Below are positions 40,266-53,206 of a stretch of 64,000 nt of DNA, piece after piece (position 1 is the first letter of the stretch; every line of letters starts with the position of its first letter). The notes below the pieces were generated by a model. That model saw only the letters and a program-made list of their open reading frames with translations, was not told the origin of the DNA and did not search any database. Source of the DNA: Octopus sinensis (Eukaryota). The position numbers and the translations under genes were made by a program. The stretch lies in assembly GCF_006345805.1 (NCBI RefSeq), contig NC_043006.1, forward strand, positions 94,302,001-94,366,000, given 5' to 3'.

Positions 40266-40294
40266 AGAACGTAGATGGATGGATACATATAGAT

Positions 40295-40765
40295 GGTTCG
40301 GCAAAAGAGACTGATATAATAAGTACGAGATTTGCAAAAACATAAGCGCTTCGGTTGATTTATTCAACTAAAGCCTTGAGAGCGGTGTCCCAGCATGGCC
40401 GCAGTTCAATGATTAAAACAAGTAAAAAGATAAGTCAGTGAGGGTCTAGTCAAGTGCAGTGTTACTTTTAGTGATAGTCCGGCCTTTCTTGAAGATTAGA
40501 AGTCAATGAATAATGTAGATTGGCCAGGCTGGGGCGTACATGTCAGTATCGGTTGCCAAGCGGTGGTGGGGGGAAACAAACACACACACATATGTATATA
40601 TTCGACGAGCTTCTTTCAGTTTCCGCCTACCAAATCCACTCAAGGCTTTGGTTGGCTCGAGGCTATAGTAGAAGACACTTGCGCAAGGTGCCACGCAGTG
40701 GGACTGAACCCGGAAAGAGGAGGTTGGTAAGCAAGCTACTTACTACACTGCCACTCCTGTGTCTA
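40295..40765. mobile_element. SINE A tail (+, 40295-40432) and SINE A (-, 40530-40765)
   Basis: Family A motifs in both orientations. Confidence 0.8.
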
Positions 40766-41403
40766 GAAAAAAATAACCAGCAAGAACCGAGTGAGAAAGA
40801 TCTTTCTTTAGAGATACCTATGAAATAGCAAGGACTCAAGTGAAGCAAAGCAGAGAGAAAAAACCAGCCCAGAGACGAGAAGAGCGAATGAATGTCGCGG
40901 AGGGGCCGATGTGCCATAGGAAGTGAAACACTTAAATAAGTCCAACTGACGCTGAGAGCCAAGTGAACTAAAACATCGAAGCGCATGCTGAAGGAAAAAC
41001 TACGTCCATACGACGGTTTGATCCGTCGCCCCAATAACAAACCCAACAATGTGAAACACTGGGCCACACATCTCAACTAAGCGTAGTCTGATCTATAATA
41101 TTTTTATAGGTCACAAACAAATTTTTCCGATAGCATCTCTGTAGTGTTGTAAGATTTCTTTAATTGTCGATATTTCTGTGTAAATGTCAAGTGATTATGT
41201 TGTGTATTATTTATGGTGGGAAAGAACGATGTCTTTACATATTTATATGCAATGACAGCCGAGTTGGGAGAAGAGGTTGGATGGGAGGGAGAGGAAGAAT
41301 ATCAATCCACGAAATGGAAGATCAGATTCGACAGGAGGGTTTCATAGGAAACAATGTGTGTGTGTGTATATATATAGATAGAGATAGATAGATAGACAGA
41401 GAG

Positions 41404-41436
<33 letters not shown>

Positions 41437-41439
41437 GGG

Positions 41440-41820
41440 GGTAGGGGTTTTGTAAGAAGCTTGTTTCCCAACCACATGGTTCCGGTTTCAGTCCCACTGC
41501 GTAGCACCCTGGGCAAGTGTTTTCTACTATAATCTCGAGTCGAAGAAAGACTTGAGTGGATTTGGTAGACAGAAACTGAAAGAAACGTGCCGCATGTATG
41601 TGTGTGTGTGTGTGTGTGTGTTTATGTTTTGTTACCGGTGCTTGTGTGTTTGGTTACATCTTCGTAACCAAACGGTGGTTTAGCAAATGAAACCGATAGA
41701 ATAAGTACTAGGCTTTAAACACATAAGTACTGAGGTCAGTTCATTCAGTTAAAAATTCTTGAGAACGGTGCTCCAGCATGACCACAACCTAATGACTTAA
41801 ACAAGTAAAAGACAAAAAAG
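41440..41820 (+). mobile_element. SINE family A
   Basis: ccaaccacatggttccggtttcagtcccactgcg..ccagcatgaccaca..aacaagtaaaagac. Confidence 0.85.
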
Positions 41821-41999
41821 ATATGTTGATTCTTATATACGCGCAATAGGCGAGGGAATATCGACCCTAGGAACTTTTTGTTATCCACTCTAGAAATAGC
41901 AGAGCTAAATCTTACTTCGGCGGAACCTCAGACTCAGAAAATAACGGACCTTCACAAAAACCACATGGTATTGTTTTACTCGCTGGGTCTGGAGTAATG

Positions 42000-42440
42000 A
42001 ACCGTTCCATGGTCTTTGCAGTGTTTCTCTTCAACACCTGCAAGAAAAACATAAGTGAAGGGGGAATTTCAGCAGAATGAGGTTGCGAGGATAAAGGCCA
42101 GTGAATAGTGGTTAGTGCTAGGCCTTGCGGTATGGACACAAGGTTGATGAGAGAAAAGAAGGTGAGTAGACTAGAAGTGGATTAGAAATGCCAGAGTGGA
42201 GATGTTTGTCCCCCACTACCGTTTGGCAACCGGTGCTTGTGAGTTTACATCTCCATAACCAGACGCGGTGGTTTAGCAAACGAGACCGATAGAATAAGTA
42301 GTAGGCTTTATACAAATAAGTACTGACCAATTCCAAAGCACAGAGGCCATTTTCGTTGCATTAGAAAAGACAAAGAGAGGAGAAAACGTGACTGTGGACA
42401 GTGTCTGAGGGAATGCTTTATACTGAACAGCCTGTTGAGG
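42000..42440 (-). mobile_element. CR1/Jockey-type LINE ORF2 C-terminus, split by a SINE A fragment (42195-42335)
   Basis: SLCLF*CNENGLCALE..STHLLFSHQPCVHTARPSTNHYSLAFI..LQVLKRN resembles the conserved CR1 3' end. Confidence 0.65.
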
Positions 42441-42454
42441 CTTTCGTAGATATG

Positions 42455-42765
42455 TTCTTAATGATTAGGTTATTCGGTTCGCGATCGTATGGTCGTGAGT
42501 TCGATACCAGCTAGCACGCTGTATTCTTGAGCATGACACTTTAATTCACGTTAATCCTGTTCACTCAGCTGACGAGAATGGGTACTGCTTGTATTTCAGA
42601 GGGTAAGCCTTGTCACATTCCGTTTTGCGCTGAATTTCTGAGAACTATGTTAAGATTACGCCTGTCGGTGAAGTGCTCAGCCGCTTGCGCATTAATTTCA
42701 CGAGCAGAATGTTCTGTTGACCGGATTAACTGGAACACTCGCTGTCATAACCGACAACGACCCAC
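42455..42765 (+). mobile_element. Diverged SINE family C
   Basis: gtcgtgagttcgatacc..ttcactcagctg..gtgctcagccgcttgcgcattaatttcacgagcag. Confidence 0.8.
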
Positions 42766-42991
42766 GGTTTTAAGAGAGAGGTGTATAGCATTTCGGTTAC
42801 GATGGTGAATACTTGGAGAATGGTAGCGACGAATGAAAATCGGTATTATGTGTGAAAGAGATGGTCTTATGTAAATCCTTAATGTACAGGGTATAAAAAA
42901 AAAAAGAAAAAGAGCAGGGTGGAAGAAAAAACGTCCTATTAAGGAGGTACACTAGATCTTTTAGAATCAGGGTGGGAAAGAATTCTGTCGA

Positions 42992-43425
42992 CAGGCGTGG
43001 CTGAGTGGTAAGAAGCCTTCTTCCTAACCACATGGTTCCGGGTTCAGTCCCACTGAGTGGCACTTTCGGCAAGTATCTTTTATTTTAGCCTCGGGCTGGC
43101 CAAAGCCTTGTGAGTGGATTTGGTGGATAGAAACTGAAAGAAACCTGTCTTGTTATATATATATGTGTGTGTGTGTGTTTGTATATTTATGTGTGTGTGT
43201 GTGTGCGTTTGTGTCTGTGTTTGTCCTCCACCATCGCTTGACAGTCGATGTTGGTGTGTTTATGTACACGAAACCTAGCAGTTCGGCAGACGAGACCGAT
43301 AGAATAAGAACTAGGCTTACAAAGAATAAGTCCTGGGATCGATTCCTTCGATTAAAGCCGGTGCTCCAGCATGACCGCAGTCAGATGACTGAAACGTGTA
43401 AAAGAGTAAAGGAGTAAAAGAGATA
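42992..43425 (+). mobile_element. Full-length SINE family A
   Basis: Complete head, microsatellite and tail, as at 28861. Confidence 0.9.
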
Positions 43426-44150
43426 AAAAAAAAATTTACGGGTCATTGCGGAAGTTTCCGTAAATGTTTCACTTGCCATTCACGGTCGAATGCTTTATTG
43501 GTGACGAATGGGATAAAATTGCTTTCACAAAATTTCTTCGAGGCAAAGAAGCCCACTGATCTGTGACGGGGGTGGGGCTCAACCGCGCATCTGGCTTTGC
43601 GGGAACCCTATCCAGTTTGTGACTCATTAAAGGTGAGAAAAAAGAATTACACGCTCGTACACGCACACACACGCATATATTATATAGATATATATATATA
43701 TAATATATATATATTATAATATATATATATTATTATATGTATATATGTATGTATGTATGTATGATGTATGTATATGCACATATACATGCACACACATACA
43801 TACACATACATACATACATACATACAAACAAACATACATACATACATACATATATATGTATATTATACATATACCGCTTGATAATCTCAATGGAGGCAAT
43901 GCAAGCGGAAACTAGAGGAACATAATTAATAACCACACTCAAAATCAAATATATATATATATCCTTCTACATTTATAAAACGGATATAAAATTCCAAATA
44001 TATAATTATAAAAATACATACAAATAGATAAATGTCGATGTGATACATAAAACGCAGTTATAATACATTGGTGTAATAAAAATTTGAGATGATGAAACAT
44101 TATAAGGACGTACAAAAATACCACGAAAATGATACAATTTTTTTAAATTC

Positions 44151-44232
44151 CATCTACAGGCCGTTTCAGAGACGTGCCAAGTAACATGATATATTTCATA
44201 TTTTTAAACCTGACCCTCCTCTCATCAGGATG
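44151..44232 (-). ncRNA. Hammerhead-like motif with ~55-nt stem-II insertion
   Basis: cauc CUGAUGA gagga..(internal auga/ucau hairpin)..gucucu GAAA c ggccu GUA gaug; stem I cauc/gaug perfect. Confidence 0.55.
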
Positions 44233-44340
44233 TTTTCACACAATACAGACAAAACAAATACAAAACTGACAATATCTGCGGGTATTGTTAACACTAGCAA
44301 TCTCAAAATTGCTAGTGTTTATATAAAATAAAAAGCAGTG

Positions 44341-44371
<31 letters not shown>

Positions 44372-44504
44372 GTCTAGACTTCGTAAATATATATATATAT
44401 ATTTTCAGTGAGGTTTATTCACTGATCACCAAAATTAGAAATATTAAATTTCTAAATATCTCATAGAGATATATGCGGTGGTGGAGAGCGATAGATGGTT
44501 GCGT

Positions 44505-44848
44505 GGCATCTGGGCAAGTGTCTTCTGCTATAGCCCCGGGCCGACCAATGCCTTGTGAGTGGATTGGTAGACGGAAACTGAAAGAAGCCTGTCGTATATA
44601 GTAATATATGTGTGTGTGTGTGTATATTTGGTGTGTCTGTGTTGTCCCCCCTAGCATTGCTTGACAAACCGATGCCGGTTTGTTTACGTCCCGTAACTTA
44701 GCGGCTCGGCAAAAGAGACCGATAGGAATAAGTACTGGGCTTACAAAGAATAAGTCCCGGGGTCGATTGCTCGACTAAAGGCGGTCTGCTCCAGCATGGC
44801 CGCAGTCAGATGACTGAAAAAGTAAAAGAGAAAAAGAGGAAAAGAGAA
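44505..44848 (+). mobile_element. 5'-truncated SINE family A
   Basis: gggcaagtgtcttctgctatagcc..to cagatgactgaaa. Confidence 0.85.
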
Positions 44849-44899
44849 GAGGATCTTTTCAATATCGTTGGCCAGGACCCCAGATCTCCCTCTAGTTAA

Positions 44900-45252
44900 C
44901 TACAAATAATTTGAAAATTCGTGTACTCATAGAGTGGAACTAGTTTATTCGCCAGTTGGAACTAGTTTATTTGAGAAAAAATCTATTTTATGACTTTAAT
45001 GTAGATTAAAACTGCGAATTTTAACCAATGAGATTGCTTGTTTTCATATGTAAAAACGTTACTGCGATCTGTTAGTGTGACGTTGAAAGCAGTTTTGAAA
45101 GCAGTTTTGACGTAGTCTGCTCTCTCTTCTTGTAAGTCTGTCTGCCTCCCCCTCTCTACTATATTACATTTATCTTGCTTGAACTCATTGAAATAAAAAC
45201 GTCCTCCTTTTTTTCTGTCTGTCTGTCCTTTTCTCTCTCTCTCTCTCCCTCC

Positions 45253-45290
<38 letters not shown>

Positions 45291-45443
45291 CTATCTATCT
45301 ATCTGTATATATGTATGTTCATATATGGATGTAAATATTTATGAAATAAAATAAACACACATATTCGGGCGGATGTATTAAATATCTAAAATGTGTGAGC
45401 CTATATAAATTAAACTGATGATATATATATATATATATATAAC

Positions 45444-45487
<44 letters not shown>

Positions 45488-45835
45488 GTGTGTGGGTGTG
45501 TGCGTGCGTGTAATGTATGTATAAATTATATATATGCGTGTGTGTGTGTGTGATGAAAGGCAAAATCGACCTCGGCGCGAGATGCCACTTCTTAATAGCA
45601 AACGAAAGCGCTTTGTTTACATTTAAGATGTTTAATACGTCACGAAATTGGTGGTCGAGACGGAGTAAGAAAAATAAAAGCCGAATGACGGAATATCATT
45701 GGTTAAAATTCTAATTATTAAACAACGTTAAACTTAGAAGTTACAATTCCGTTTTTCATTCTGGTTTACAATTAAGTTTACTTTTGACACATTCTACCAG
45801 TATACGAAGTTTCAAATTGTTTGGTTCAGTAGGAA
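44900..45835. mobile_element. Degenerate inverted-repeat (MITE-like) element
   Basis: aaataatttgaaaattcgtgtactcatagagtg vs the reverse complement of cattctaccagtatacgaagtttcaaattgttt; also gaattttaaccaatga vs tcattggttaaaattc. Confidence 0.6.
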
Positions 45836-45956
45836 AAATTTGAAAAAACTGGCTTCAGAATAGAAAAGATCCGAGGAGAGTATACTGTCAACTTAACGTG
45901 ACAGTCCCATATACATATATATATATATATATGTATATACAGATAGATAGAAAGAA

Positions 45957-46019
<63 letters not shown>

Positions 46020-46948
46020 TAGATAGATAGATAGGTAGATAGATAGATACACAGGTAGGTAGGTAGGTAAATAGATTGATAGACAGATAGATAGATGCAC
46101 ACACATATCCACTCATATTTACATACTTACACTTATAACACCCACTTCTCCCCCTGTCCATCTCTCGTGGGCTGATTGGCGGACTGACTGACGGACGATA
46201 GATAGATAGATAGATAGATAGATAGAGGGAATGGGAGGGAGAGAAAGAGAGACAAGAGGTGGTAGTAGAAAGATATAGGGCTGAAAAAGAAGGGATAAAA
46301 AAATTGATGCGAAAGACTTCTTTCGATGTAGGTGTAGAGTAAAAAAAAAAAGATAAGATAAAATAATGGGCGGAGGCCGGGGTGGGGTATTGTGATAACG
46401 GAGAACATAAGATAAGGAGAATGTTTGGTGGAATGGATGGGGGAGGGCCTGATAAAAGGGTCTGATGAAAGGGTCTGATAATAAATAAGTCACAGCAAAG
46501 CGAGACCATGAATTCATATTATATTTAGTCGGGCGACATGATACCATAGATGGTGTTTCAAGCAGTTTTAGTATGGGGGCGGAGCAGGGCAGGGTAGGGC
46601 AAAGCAGACCAGGGTAGGGCAGCCTTGGGAAGTGCAGGGCTTGAATGAAGTTGTGATGGTGGAGCTGCTCGAATTGGTATGGAATTTGGTATAGGAGGAG
46701 AGATAATGGACAAAGCTACATCGCTAGATGGCTTTGCCGGTGGCTTTCGGTAATTACGCATACATACACACTCACACACACCACATACACACACACACAC
46801 GCACACGCACACACGTAAGAACACACCACCCTAATGAAGCTTCTAAGCTGAAGTGGAAACAGCACGGACTTTGTCTTCTTACCCTCTTACAGGATTTAAG
46901 TAAGATTATACAAATATGTCCGACTGTTTAAATTAATTCTATTTATTT

Positions 46949-47024
46949 ATGCAGCTGAAGATAGCTCTGCATTTAAATTGCATTGTTCAATTAAATGGTG
47001 TCGCTTGAAACGGACGTACTGCAT
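46949..47024 (+). ncRNA. Type-I hammerhead ribozyme with extended stem II
   Basis: augcag CUGAAGA u AGC..CAUUUAA..AUUG..CAAU/UAAAUG..GCU u GAAA cggacg UA cugcau; 6-bp perfect stem I; GUA triplet ends at 47018. Confidence 0.7.
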
Positions 47025-47257
47025 CACCTCTGGATATCTTGTTGCTTATTTTGATATATATATTATATATATACATAAATTAGAGACAAGAAACCTTTTA
47101 GCCGGTACCCCTACTAAACTTGCAGATAGTACACACGGTTTGTACTCTATGGCTCTCATGCACGACTGGTGTAAACAGACGAAGCCATAATAAAAAATCT
47201 CATAAAGAAAACTGCAAAATGAATCAGACCAAACGACAAATTCTGTCATGAATAATA

Positions 47258-47450
47258 TATTGGTTTCAAATTTTAGCACAAGGCCTGCAATTTCGAAGGT
47301 GATGGTGAGATGAAATCGATTACATCTACCCCAGTACTCGATTTGGACTTATGAAAAGCAAAGTCAACCTCGGTGAGATTTGAACTCAGAACGTGAAGAC
47401 TGACGAAATGCCGTTGTGCATTTTTCTCCGGCGTGCTAACGATTCTGCCA
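47258..47450 (-). mobile_element. SINE family B
   Basis: ggtttcaaattttagcacaaggcc..gaactcagaacg..gctaacgattctgccag. Confidence 0.85.
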
Positions 47451-47818
47451 GGATATTGCAAGACAATAAGACCGAAACAGCTCTTATTAACACACCTTAG
47501 GCATGTAAACCCAAGGGCAAGGCATAATTGTCCAATGAAAATATGAAATCTGATTTGCAAACATCATATTTCTCCATTGTAAGTTCATCCTCCATTTGCA
47601 ACCAGAAGTATTTGTAACACACGAGAGCGTACACCAAATACAAAGCTAGATAGAAAAATATTCTTTTCTACTCTAGGCACAGGGCCCGAAACGTTTAGGC
47701 AAACTGTCAAGGGAATGCAAAAACTGGTGGTGAAACGAATTTCTAGAAACAGCAACAAAAGCTCCCTCACTTCACAATTTATTTCTCGAAACAAAAAAGG
47801 GGACATTGCGTTCTAGAT

Positions 47819-47988
47819 AAGGAGTTCTCAACCATTTTAATATCCAGGCTAAATCCAAAACTTCGCATTTTTTTATGAGGCTGTTCCAAAAACTGTAAAA
47901 TATAAGTCAATAGAAGACAAAATTACATTTATTGTGGGTATATATGGCCGCTGGAAGGATGTTTGAGGGCCGCAGTTCAGAAGCATTG
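47819..47988. mobile_element. hAT (Charlie-like) MITE with 8-bp TSD
   Basis: ttctagat|aaggagttctcaacc..gggccgcagttcagaagcattg|atctagat; NTCTAGAN target typical of Charlie-type hATs. Confidence 0.75.
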
Positions 47989-48278
47989 ATCTAGATGGGA
48001 CAGATTTGAAAAGCGAGAGGGTCGCGCCCTGAACGTCAATGCTTTCCTTGACGAGGGTTGAACTCCGGAGAAACTACAGTAACTGGAGAGTGTGTGTGTG
48101 TGTTGTGTGTGTGCGTGCTTGCGACTGTGTCGTTTAGGGAACGGATGTGATTATGAAACTGAGCATATGTGACTTCGAGAAAGAGTGGGGAATGAGAGAG
48201 ATAAAGAGAGAGGAGAACGAAAAAGAAAAGTAAAAGATAGACTGATAAGTAGTTAACTAACTAACAAGATAGATAGAT

Positions 48279-48337
<59 letters not shown>

Positions 48338-48824
48338 AAGAAATATATAATATATGTGTGTGTGTGTGTGTAGATAGATAGATAGATAGATAGTAGATAG
48401 ATAGATAGAGAGAGAGAGAGAGAGTAAAGGGAGTGAGTGACTTACAAATAGGAGCTGCTTATGCATGAGCTAAAATTATGAGTAAAGACAAATACGAATG
48501 CCACAAACATAATTGTAGAGACACATGCACGCAAATGCATACACCCACGTGTGTAGGAGGAGGAATGAAGGGAAGAGAGAGGAACGAGAAGAGAGGTGAG
48601 GAGGAGGAGGAGGGGATGAAAGGAAACGTGTTTGGGAGAGAAAGAACGGCTCTGGAATAGAAAATGATACCAGTTCCCAATCCGCATTCACTTACACAGT
48701 CACACACGTATATAAGCAAACTCACACACACACACACATTTGTGTACGTGTGTCTATATGTACAAGTCTGTAGATGTGTGTGCGCGTATGTGTGTATGTA
48801 GGTATGTGTGTATGTTTGTATGCT

Positions 48825-48862
<38 letters not shown>

Positions 48863-49099
48863 CCACTGGGGATTTCGGATTTGAGAATAAGTATTTCGAT
48901 TTGATTAATTGTTTTCGGCCTCAGATAGACAGACATGCAGACAGACAGAGAGACAGGCAGACTGGAAAACTAGATAAAGATTAATGGAAGTATATAGACC
49001 ACTGACATGATTACAATGATGATGGTTGTTATTGGTGTGAGCTCAGCGTCAGCCCTAATCTTGTAAAGCTATGATGGAAACCGCCCCGATTATGGAGTA

Positions 49100-49470
49100 T
49101 AGAAGCTACATGGTTTTCTGTTTAGTATTATTGTGTGATACCTTGGGCAAGTGTTTTCTACTCTGGCTCCGAGCCAACTAATGATTGTGAATGAATTTAG
49201 TAGACGGAAACTGTACGGAAGCCCGTCGTATATTTGTGTGTGTGTCTATATGTTTATCATTGAGTCTGTGCTTGTTTCCTACTCCGTTTGACAACCGGTA
49301 ATGTTTCTGTTTAAGTCCCCAAAACTTAGCGGTTCGGCAAAAGAACCCAATAGAACAAACACGAAACTTTAACAGATAAGTACCGGGGTTTCCGATCAGC
49401 TCGGTTAAACCATACCAAGCTGGTGCCCCAGCATGACCACAGTTCAGTGCCTGCAACTGGTAAAAGACTC
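49100..49470 (+). mobile_element. Diverged SINE family A
   Basis: ccttgggcaagtgttttctact..agacggaaactg..acttagcggttcggcaaaaga..cagcatgaccacag. Confidence 0.75.
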
Positions 49471-49986
49471 AATCTAATAAATATCTCGTCTGACGAAACT
49501 ATATCTTGGAAAATAAATGTTCGGATTCATCCAACGCCTTCCATTGTTTCTTTTCATTTAATTTCACTCGGGAAGCTCGGTTCGACCCCAGGCTATGGAA
49601 AACATACGGTGAAGGTATGGCGGAATCTAATCAAACCATGTTTATCGCGAAACTAATTTCTTAAAAGCACAGCAAGGCGCCCAAACATATTAAGACAACG
49701 AAATATATACAAATACCTAGAGGGACATCAACGTGCTTTTATATATACATATTTTGTATATATTCCTATTTATTGAACTTTCAGTGTTCTTTTTATTTAG
49801 CCAGCTGATTATTGGAAAGATTAGCAGGGTTTATCTGCACAAATTCGATGATTGACTCCATGGCTACGGGAAGAATTGTATACGAGGCAGAATAATCAAC
49901 CGATGTCGTAGTGAGTTAAGTAGACGGAGACTTGAATTACCACCCACCAGTTGTGATATGAAACACCTGCAAGACCTTACTGACCT

Positions 49987-50022
<36 letters not shown>

Positions 50023-50283
50023 AGTCAACTCGTGACCGAGAAAATGTTTCGAGAATCCAAGAAGTTCCTGCTCATGAATTTGTTCTGAGTGGATAAAATG
50101 TTGCCCCAGCGGTGATCCCATTTTTCAGCGCAATCAGTCATAACATCAGTGACACAATAGAGGTTGAGACAACCAGATACTATCTGCACTCAAGAATTAT
50201 TTTCTACTAGAAGGAAGTTCTGACACAAACTAGGGGTCCTTCGCTCCCATTGGTTCATATGCTAGTTAAACCTTTCTGTAGTT

Positions 50284-50397
50284 CATTATTTACATTATTT
50301 ACATTTCACGGATATTTGTCCTCATCTTGTTTGTTGTTAACACAACGTTTCGGCTGATATACCCTCCAGCCTTCATCAGGTGTCTTGGGGAAAATTC

Positions 50398-50446
<49 letters not shown>

Positions 50447-50631
50447 CAACAACAACATCGAAAAATACCATAGGAATGTGAACCCAGGTTCGAAATTTCC
50501 CCAAGACACCTGATCAAGGCTGGAGGGTTTATCAGCCGAAACGTTGTGTTAACAACAAACAAGATGAGGACAAATGTCCGTCAAATGTAAATAAGGTAAA
50601 TAATTCCCCATCTCTTAAATATAGAACTGTA
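50284..50631. mobile_element. Complete family F insertion: inverted pair of hammerhead-bearing repeats around (TAA)n, 12-bp TSD
   Basis: TSD ctttctgtagtt at 50272-50283 and 50632-50643; intact HHR on - strand 50339-50384; HHR with CUGAUCA mutation on + strand 50505-50550. Confidence 0.85.
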
Positions 50632-50703
50632 CTTTCTGTAGTTGTGGTAATTGTTGAATATATAAACTGATTGGCTGATTGTTTCTCTCGGATATGTCAA
50701 ATT

Positions 50704-50763
50704 GCTGTAAACGCCTCTGATGAGAATCCAATAAGATTCGAAAATGTATTAAGCTTGTTCAGC
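50704..50763 (+). ncRNA. Hammerhead motif (family G)
   Basis: gcug..gccu CUGAUGA GAAUC caauaa GAUUC GAAA augua UU aagc..cagc; perfect 5-bp stem II. Confidence 0.65.
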
Positions 50764-50881
50764 CTATTTTCCCTTTATAAACAGATAAATTAGCCCTATA
50801 TATAGGTATTATACCCGTTATACACACACACGCATGCACTCACACACATACATACATACATATATACATACATACATACAC

Positions 50882-50916
<35 letters not shown>

Positions 50917-52196
50917 GACATATATTATGATTTCACCAAGGCAACGTTAAAACTCGAGATACCGATGGTTTAGAGCAAAACGTTAGGCGATTATGGAGTG
51001 GAATATTACTTAATGAATGGCAGGGGAACAGGAATCACATAATCATTTTAATGGCTCCGAAGGGGCATTAAGATGTTGCACTAACACTCAGTTTTGAGTG
51101 CATACTTCTTATAGCACAGACAACTGTAAGCTAATGAAGGTGATTAGTGGCTCCCGTTCACTTCTTAATTAATTTACTAATTAATGTTTACATATATATG
51201 CGTATATGTGTGTGTTACCTCACATAGTTGCACATTACATCTACATGTGTGCAAATCCCTCTCTCTTTCCCTCTCCCCCTCTCATATATATATATGTATA
51301 AACTTGCAAGATATATTTCATATCATTAGTGTGTTAATTACGAGAAAATATACGCTAATACAGGGTCTCTCCATCAATTATTTAGTATAGATTTGCATTA
51401 ATGCCCCCATTTCTCTCTCTCTCTCTCTCCCCTCTCATTTTCTATTATTTAAATATCTAATAAACCTCACGAGCGTTAATATATAAAGGCTAACTAGAAT
51501 TGTCTCAATTAATTTTCACTTTCCTTGTCGTATTTTTCATTTTCTTTCCGTTTATGCAATTTTTTTGTTTTAATTTTTGATTTGGAATCATTTAATTTTT
51601 TTAAATATTTTTATTTCTTTTCTCATTTTTTCCACTTCAAAGTAAAGTTGCTTGATTTGTAGTGATTTTATTGTTGTTGTTGCTACTGCTACCGCTATTG
51701 TCGTTGTTGTTGTTGCTGCTGTCAAGTAATTGAATTTATAATGTCAAGGGACGAAATATAATAAAACATTTTAATAATGTATTATCTCATTTTAAAAAAA
51801 ATATTTGTTTATTTTTCTTCGTTCTTGTCTGTGTGGTATTTCACGAGAGAATACGCCTATCAACTACCCCGACCCTTATACATTTTATTTACCTTTTTAA
51901 AAGCACCTCGTAATTATATCATTTTCTTTCTTTACTTTTTAATTATTTTTTTAAATTTACTTTTCTAATTACTCTTTCACTGGTTTAAATCAGTCATTAG
52001 ACAGCCGTCATGATGGGACACCGCCTCCATGAGTCTTAGTCAAATTATATCGACTGAACCACCTTTCCAGTAAAATTTTTTATCGATCGATCTCGGAAGT
52101 GAAGGAATCGATCACGGCGTAAAGCGATATAACAGAAAAGAAGCGAAACACTACAAATGTTTCCGGCCATTTTCCTAACATAACAGAACCACTGAC

Positions 52197-52240
<44 letters not shown>

Positions 52241-52326
52241 CAAATTTACAGAAAACAAAAGATGAAGACAAGTGAGAGAACAACAAGCAAGTGTATTAGT
52301 TTGATGCTTGGGAAGAATGGAAAAGT

Positions 52327-52362
52327 CTTTGACGTTTCGAGCCGACACTCTTCAACAGAAAG
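52327..52362 (-). ncRNA. Variant-core hammerhead (CUGUUGA) in family E element 52245-52430
   Basis: cuuu CUGUUGA A GAGU gucg GCUC GAAA cg UC aaag; both stems paired; GUC triplet. Confidence 0.65.
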
Positions 52363-53206
52363 GGATAAGAGGTGAAAAAGTCGAAAGGAATAAAACGGAG
52401 AGAAAAAATGCGTAGGGATTAACGGTTTATATATGTATATATATAAACACATACATGCACACATACATAAGTACATACATACACACATTCTAAAAGGTCA
52501 ATTTTAGCTTAAATGATACCAGAACTATAGTTATATCGTATTTTAAAACAACCTCTACTATCGTGTACCCTAAGGATTTGTGAGCCCTTTCCTAGAATAT
52601 ACTTTAAGAACAACTATCTAATAGCTGAATCCTCAGTTCGCTTCACCCACCCGCATGGCTAAAACCTTGAACAAAACTGCATAGGAACGTGTAGTTTTGA
52701 TGAATATATACAGCGACTAACCAACTAAATTCGCATCAAAGGATATTAGGACACTTGTCCAATAGAAACACGTGTCGGATTGGAATCTGATGTGAATTTA
52801 ATGAGAATAATACTACAATTAACAGATTTTGAAGATGAAATATTTCTCCATTCTTCTTTATGATGCCTTGATTATATATATAGGCTCGAAACGTTAAAGA
52901 CTTTCTCACTTCCCGGGCGTTAAACTAATACATTTATTGTTGTTTACACACCCGTCTTCGTCTTTTGTGTGTGTATATATATATATATAGAAAAAATATA
53001 TATAAGTCGAAACAATTTGTTGGCCTTTTATGATTTTTATAATTATTTATGTTATATAATATAATGTTATGTTATATTCATAGTATCTAATGTAATATTG
53101 TAATATAAGCAAATTTTGGGTTTGTGAATAATATATCTCTATATTTAATTATAAATATATATAATATATATATATATATAATATATATATATATTATATA
53201 TATAAA

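Noticed and set aside
46445-46485. ctgatgaaa as hammerhead core
   Set aside because: Part of a 13-bp mini tandem repeat; no stems.
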